A stretch of DNA of 10,510 nucleotides, taken from assembly GCA_040754655.1 (NCBI GenBank), contig JBFMCE010000110.1:1-10510 (forward strand). The letters run 5' to 3'. The translations under genes and the position numbers were made by a program. The notes below the pieces were generated by a model, which was not told where the DNA came from, made no database searches, and saw nothing but the letters and a program-made list of their open reading frames with translations. The stretch comes from Bdellovibrionota bacterium. Lineage in GTDB: Bacteria; Bdellovibrionota; UBA1018; UBA923. This document shows, in pieces, positions 6,794 through 10,510 of this stretch (the stretch's first letter is position 1; each line of letters begins with the position of its first letter).

Positions 6794-7576
6794 CTATTTC
6801 TTCTCTCTCGACGCTTCCCTGGAATCCTCTACGCTTTTCTTGATGAAGTATTTCAAGACCCGGTTGCGGTTCGCGCCGCCAACAAGCGTCTTGATATCAT
6901 CATAAAGCGAAGGGTCATTGATGAGCGCGCCTACAGTGCCTTGACCGCTATCGATTTTCGCGATGACCGAGTTCAGTCGTTCCATCGACTTGCGCAAATC
7001 TTTGGTTCCGTTGTTGATGTTGTTTGAAAGGCCGGTCATGTTCCTGAAAAACGCTTCCGCCCGCCCGTCCCGGGCAAAACTCCCCAGTATGGTTTCCACA
7101 TGAGAGAGCGAGTTCTTGAGGCGATCCAGCACTTCGTCCGCGTTGGTGAGGTAGTCTTTCAAGTCTTTTGGCAATTCTGTCTTAAGCTCCGAATTGTCAG
7201 GAGCCGGCGGGCCTCCGGGAGTGCCGGCGTAAACGACCAAATAGCGGTCACCCAACACGCCTTGTGTTTGAATGCCAACGATGCTGTCGTTGCGAACCGC
7301 GTTCCTGAATTTCTTGGCTATCGTGAACGTCACATGCACGTCGCCTGAATTGTCGAGCAACTTGATTTGATTCACTTGGCCGACCTTCACGCCAGCGATC
7401 TTGACCGTTGCGCCCTCGACCAGTCCTTCGATCTGTGGAAACTTCGCATAGAAGGTTGATCCGCGTTGGAAGAGCATTGTTCCGCCGCCCAGCAAGAGAA
7501 TCGTCAGCATGATGAGGCCGACTCCCAAAGCAACGAAAATGCCGACTTTCACTTCCACTTCAATTGAACGGGTCAA
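6794..7576 (-). CDS. mlaD: MCE/MlaD family protein with C-terminal helical extension
   Basis: N-terminal KVGIFV TM anchor, GLVEGATVKIAGVKVGQV, TQGVLGDRYL and GQGTVGALINDPSLYDD motifs. TTG start overlaps the mlaF stop, with GAGGAG upstream. Confidence 0.92.
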   Translation of the reverse strand: MTRSIEVEVKVGIFVALGVGLIMLTILLLGGGTMLFQRGSTFYAKFPQIEGLVEGATVKIAGVKVGQVNQIKLLDNSGDVHVTFTIAKKFRNAVRNDSIVGIQTQGVLGDRYLVVYAGTPGGPPAPDNSELKTELPKDLKDYLTNADEVLDRLKNSLSHVETILGSFARDGRAEAFFRNMTGLSNNINNGTKDLRKSMERLNSVIAKIDSGQGTVGALINDPSLYDDIKTLVGGANRNRVLKYFIKKSVEDSREASREKK

Positions 7577-8331
7577 TGGATCTCCTCTCCGTTGATGAAC
7601 GCCTTCACGAACGGGTCTTTCGAATTCTTCACGTTTTCAGTTGTATCAAGCGTATGGATACGCCCATTGTAGAGGATGGCAACCCGGTCAGCAACTTCGA
7701 AGGCTGCTGGGATATCGTGAGTGACAAAGATTGCCGCATTTCCGCCTTCCCGCTTTTGGGTTTGGATGCGCTTCATCAGGTCAAGCAATCGTTGCGTGTT
7801 GAAGGGGTCGAGGCCTGCCGTCGGCTCGTCATATAAAATGATTTTCGGCTTCATGATGATGGCGCGAGCAGCCCCGACTCGCTTTTGCATGCCGCCAGAC
7901 AAATTGGCCGGCAAAAGCTTCTCGCAGCCTTTGAGCCCGATCAGTTCAAGCATTTCTTGGATGCGCTCTCGGATCTCGACTTCAGAGAGCTGCGTATGCT
8001 CTTCAAGCGGGTAGGCGAGGTTTTCTTCAACCGTCATAGAGTCGAAGAGCGCCCCGTTTTGAAATACGTATCCAATCTTTTTTCTCACCTCGACCAACTC
8101 TTCTTCGCCGCACTTGGTGATGTCTTGTTCTTCGAAAACAATTTGCCCTTTGTCAGGACGCTCTAGGCCTATGATGCTTCTCAAGATCACGCTCTTGCCG
8201 GTGCCGCTTCCGCCAAAGAGCGCTAAGATTTCGCCGTCAATCAGATCGAAGGTCACGCCTTGGTGAATCTTCTTTGGGCCAAAGGCTTTGTGGATATTCT
8301 GCAATGACAAGATGGGTTGACGTGGGTTCAT
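7573..8331 (-). CDS. mlaF: ABC transporter ATP-binding protein, MlaF/Mkl family
   Basis: Walker A GGSGTGKS, VFQNGALFDSMTVEEN, LSGGMQKRV, ILYDEPTAGLDP and VTHD. Start placed at ATG 8331 (MNPRQPIL), which overlaps the mlaE stop as ATGA. Confidence 0.93.
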   Translation of the reverse strand: MNPRQPILSLQNIHKAFGPKKIHQGVTFDLIDGEILALFGGSGTGKSVILRSIIGLERPDKGQIVFEEQDITKCGEEELVEVRKKIGYVFQNGALFDSMTVEENLAYPLEEHTQLSEVEIRERIQEMLELIGLKGCEKLLPANLSGGMQKRVGAARAIIMKPKIILYDEPTAGLDPFNTQRLLDLMKRIQTQKREGGNAAIFVTHDIPAAFEVADRVAILYNGRIHTLDTTENVKNSKDPFVKAFINGEEIH

Positions 8332-9140
8332 TTTGAATAAGGAAAGAGCATGATAAAAAGTTTTGTTAAAAAGAAGTCCGAGACCATGATGAAAATGTTT
8401 GTGGTAACCACCACAAAGGTCGTTGAGTCTCCAACACCCCGCGTTCCACCTGTGGTTCGCATCCCTCGGTAGCATGCCGTTAGGGCGATAAAGATGGCAA
8501 AGACCAGGGTCTTCACAAATCCCATCAGGAAATCATGAAAAGTCAGGGTCTCAATGGCCTTTACGAAGAAAAAATCTGGGGTTTGCCCCAGTTCTTTCAC
8601 AGTCACGAGCATTCCGCCAAAGAGACCGATGAAATTGGCGAAAACGGTGAGCAGCGGCAAAGTGATCATGGTCGCGATAAGCCGAGGGATGACGATCTTT
8701 TTAATGGGACTCGTTCCGAGCGCCCGCATCGCGTCAATTTGCTGGGTCACATTCATCGATCCCACTTCGGCCGTGATGCCTGAACCAATTCGGGCCGCGA
8801 CGAGCAGGCTTGTAAATACGGGACCCATCTCACGCACGAAGGCTAGAGCAAGGACCTTGGGGACATAGAGCTTGCCGCCAAACTTTTCGAGTCCGTAACC
8901 AAATTGCAGGGCCATGACCGATCCGGTGGCGATCGCCGTGACCGCAACGAGCATGAATGACTTCACCCCGATTCGAAACATCTGCTCGAGGGTCAAATAG
9001 AAGTAAAAAGGGGGGCGAAAGACTTCTCTGACGCAGTCGATGCCCAAGGCAAAAACACCGCCCGCAAACTGAATAAAGCCAAGAACTTGCGTGCCTATGC
9101 GCCTAAAAAAGTTGTGGTCAGCTTGGTTGCTAATTGACAT
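8328..9140 (-). CDS. mlaE: ABC transporter permease, MlaE family
   Basis: VREMGPVFTSLLVAARIGSGITAEVGSMNVTQQIDAMRALGTSPIKKIVIPRL and GGTRGVGDSTT motifs; multiple TM segments. Confidence 0.95.
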   Translation of the reverse strand: MSISNQADHNFFRRIGTQVLGFIQFAGGVFALGIDCVREVFRPPFYFYLTLEQMFRIGVKSFMLVAVTAIATGSVMALQFGYGLEKFGGKLYVPKVLALAFVREMGPVFTSLLVAARIGSGITAEVGSMNVTQQIDAMRALGTSPIKKIVIPRLIATMITLPLLTVFANFIGLFGGMLVTVKELGQTPDFFFVKAIETLTFHDFLMGFVKTLVFAIFIALTACYRGMRTTGGTRGVGDSTTFVVVTTNIFIMVSDFFLTKLFIMLFPYSK

Positions 9141-9696
9141 GAAACCCCTTTAAAAAGCGATCAAAGTCTGAAGCTTGTGCTTCAAAGTGCTCGGGCTTGG
9201 CTACGTACATGAAGTCATAGGTGCAGCCTGACTTTTGCAAGACCACGGCGCGGATTTTCACCGGAGACGCCTTGCCTTGTTTGCTGGGTTCTCGTTGTTG
9301 GTTCATTCCGGCGTCGACCGTCGACTCTAAGGCTTTTGCCCCGTCGATGTCGATTTCTCGGGTTTCAGCCGGTCCCCGGGTGTCGATGCCCATAAGCAAG
9401 TGTCTCGACAAGTCCTCAAGGCTTGCGTCCCTGTATTCGCGGCAGACACTATTAATTGAAATGATTGAGCCCGTATGTTTGTGCTCAAAAGCGACGTCGC
9501 CCGTCTCGGCCAAGTCCTCACGTGTTTGCGAAGGCAAGAGCCTCCAATGATTTGACGGATCGCGATCGAGTCTCGTGACCGTGTAATCATGACTCTTGTT
9601 GTCTACTCGTTGATCACCCCCGAAGATCAGACCGCATCCCGAGGCGTAAACCCCTAAAAACACAAGTAAGAGAAGCGACCGCAGTCGCAAAATCAA
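9130..9696 (-). CDS. Putative lipoprotein, possibly PsbP/DcrB-like fold; first gene of the mla operon
   Basis: Signal peptide RLRSLLLLVFLGVYASG-C with lipobox; C-terminus GCTYDFMYVA...DFDRFLKGF; overlaps the mlaE start. Start is uncertain (TTG 9696 or 9690); the ORF-track start at 9759 falls in the predicted -10 element. Confidence 0.75.
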   Translation of the reverse strand: MILRLRSLLLLVFLGVYASGCGLIFGGDQRVDNKSHDYTVTRLDRDPSNHWRLLPSQTREDLAETGDVAFEHKHTGSIISINSVCREYRDASLEDLSRHLLMGIDTRGPAETREIDIDGAKALESTVDAGMNQQREPSKQGKASPVKIRAVVLQKSGCTYDFMYVAKPEHFEAQASDFDRFLKGFHVN

Positions 9697-9758
9697 TTGA
9701 GAACGAATTTGCCGTAACAGAAAATCCCCCGCCCCAAGAGAGTTCAAGTATCTTCTCA

Positions 9759-9787
9759 AATCTATGAAAAACCTAGAGAATCGTCAA
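9759..9787 (-). promoter_or_regulatory. Putative sigma70 promoter of the lipoprotein-mlaEFD operon
   Basis: Minus strand TTGACG (9787-9782), 17-nt spacer, TAGATT (9764-9759). Confidence 0.6.
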
Positions 9788-9861
9788 CTTAACTGACGAC
9801 TCTTCATCGCAAACTTCAATCTCGTCAAAGTTTTGACTTAAACTGGGGTCAAAACGTGGAC
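9781..9861. promoter_or_regulatory. Three palindromic boxes, candidate upstream activator sequences for a sigma54 activator
   Basis: TCGTCA-N7-TGACGA (9781-9799), GTCAAA-GT-TTTGAC (9824-9837) and GTCAAAACGTGGAC (9848-9861), about 95-170 nt upstream of a -24/-12 motif. Confidence 0.55.
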
Positions 9862-9953
9862 GGTAGGCAGAAACTTGGCGGCGACTTTTACGCCTCGGGC
9901 AAAAAAGTTCAGTGATTTCATTGCACGGGGAAATTTATTTGCAGCGGCAATTT

Positions 9954-9969
9954 TGGCACAAGTTGTGCT
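9954..9969 (+). promoter_or_regulatory. Putative sigma54 (-24/-12) promoter
   Basis: TGGCACAAGTTGTGCT: exact TGGCAC and GG-N10-GC spacing, upstream of the plus-strand ORF. Confidence 0.7.
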
Positions 9970-10029
9970 TTAAGTGGCAGTGGGGGACGAAGCACGCTTG
10001 CCCATCAGTTGCGTGCAAAACAAGTTCAA

Positions 10030-10510
10030 ATGCGAGACGCCAAGGAAGGCAATCGAATTCGAAGATTAAGGATGAACTGCGAACGCGCACTGGCGATATC
10101 GGGTGCGTTATTCCTGTTTCCGGTAGGGCTTTTAGCGGCCCAACCCAGCTTCGATTCGTATCAAACCCATTCGCATTTCGTGATTCCCGTGGATCCCAAC
10201 GTTTCATACTCGGTTACGCCTATTGAGGATGGAAAGAAAACCATCGGATTGAGGCTTGTTCTCTCTGGGTTAAAAACAGAGATCGCGTCGTTGGGCGGAA
10301 AGAGAGATCTGCGCACCCGGTCGATCACCGCGAAGCGTTTGACAGAGAACTCTGAGCCCAAGGTCATTTATGAATTCTTGTTCAGTGCTCAAGCAACCAA
10401 ACTTGGCGTCGAGCATTTTGACTATCGAAACAAAGTTCCTTCAGAAATTGCGCTCGATTATTGGTTGAAGTCGCAGAAAATTGATCCTAAACCGACGCCA
10501 ACGAAAGCTG
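10030..10510 (+). CDS. Hypothetical exported protein (partial, runs off the window end)
   Basis: Manually translated, not in the ORF track: MRDAKEGNRIRRLRMNCERALAISGALFLFPVGLLAAQPSFDSYQTHSHFVIPVD...VEHFDYRNKVPSEIALDYWLKSQKIDPKPTPTKA, open to the edge, with a signal-peptide-like segment ending LLA-AQP. Alternative start ATG 10072. Confidence 0.7.
   Translation, partial: MRDAKEGNRIRRLRMNCERALAISGALFLFPVGLLAAQPSFDSYQTHSHFVIPVDPNVSYSVTPIEDGKKTIGLRLVLSGLKTEIASLGGKRDLRTRSITAKRLTENSEPKVIYEFLFSAQATKLGVEHFDYRNKVPSEIALDYWLKSQKIDPKPTPTKA

Noticed and set aside
8332..8475. N-terminal extension of MlaF in the ORF track
   Set aside because: It lies inside mlaE; the ATGA overlap at 8328-8331 gives a normal-length MlaF.
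808..9590. Remaining short ORFs nested within or antisense to cpaF, cpaC, metK, the activator, mla genes and the lipoprotein gene
   Set aside because: They are wholly or almost wholly overlapped by well-supported genes and show no recognisable domains.
9898..9930. IHF site between the palindromic boxes and the sigma54 promoter
   Set aside because: The tract is AT-rich but only a weak match to WATCAANNNNTTR.
9956..9968. Palindrome GCACAA-G-TTGTGC as a bidirectional sigma54 promoter
   Set aside because: The minus strand reads AG rather than the essential GG at -24; the symmetry largely follows from the sigma54 consensus.
9912..10367. ORFs 9912..10226 (+), 9935..10207 (-) and 10161..10367 (-)
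   Set aside because: They overlap the sigma54 promoter or the better-supported signal-peptide ORF; the Cys/His-rich tail of 9935..10207 is probably fortuitous.
1..10510. CRISPR array, tRNA/rRNA, IS element or prophage genes
   Set aside because: No spaced repeats, RNA gene signatures, transposase or integrase motifs were seen by eye.

Overview
Chromosomal window of about 50% GC; the gene content suggests a Bdellovibrionota/deltaproteobacteria-like genome (inference). The minus strand carries a partial Tad/Flp pilus module: a CpaC/RcpA secretin, an FHA-domain-fused CpaF/TadA ATPase, an overlapping 164-aa stripped-down Ser/Thr kinase-like gene, and a partial membrane protein gene. A sigma54-type promoter precedes it. 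Divergently, a sigma70-type promoter precedes a 42-aa very basic ORF missing from the ORF track, then metK, a long hairpin, an 80-aa membrane protein and a FleQ/FlrA-like sigma54 activator with no N-terminal sensor domain. Converging on that is an MCE transporter operon (lipoprotein-mlaE-mlaF-mlaD). At the right end is a divergent control region with three GTC-N8/9-GAC palindromes, a sigma70 promoter for the mla operon and a sigma54 promoter for a partial exported-protein gene. The most interesting candidates are the kinase/FHA-ATPase pilus module, the basic microprotein upstream of metK, and a possible local sigma54 regulon. No mobile elements, CRISPR arrays or RNA genes were recognised.
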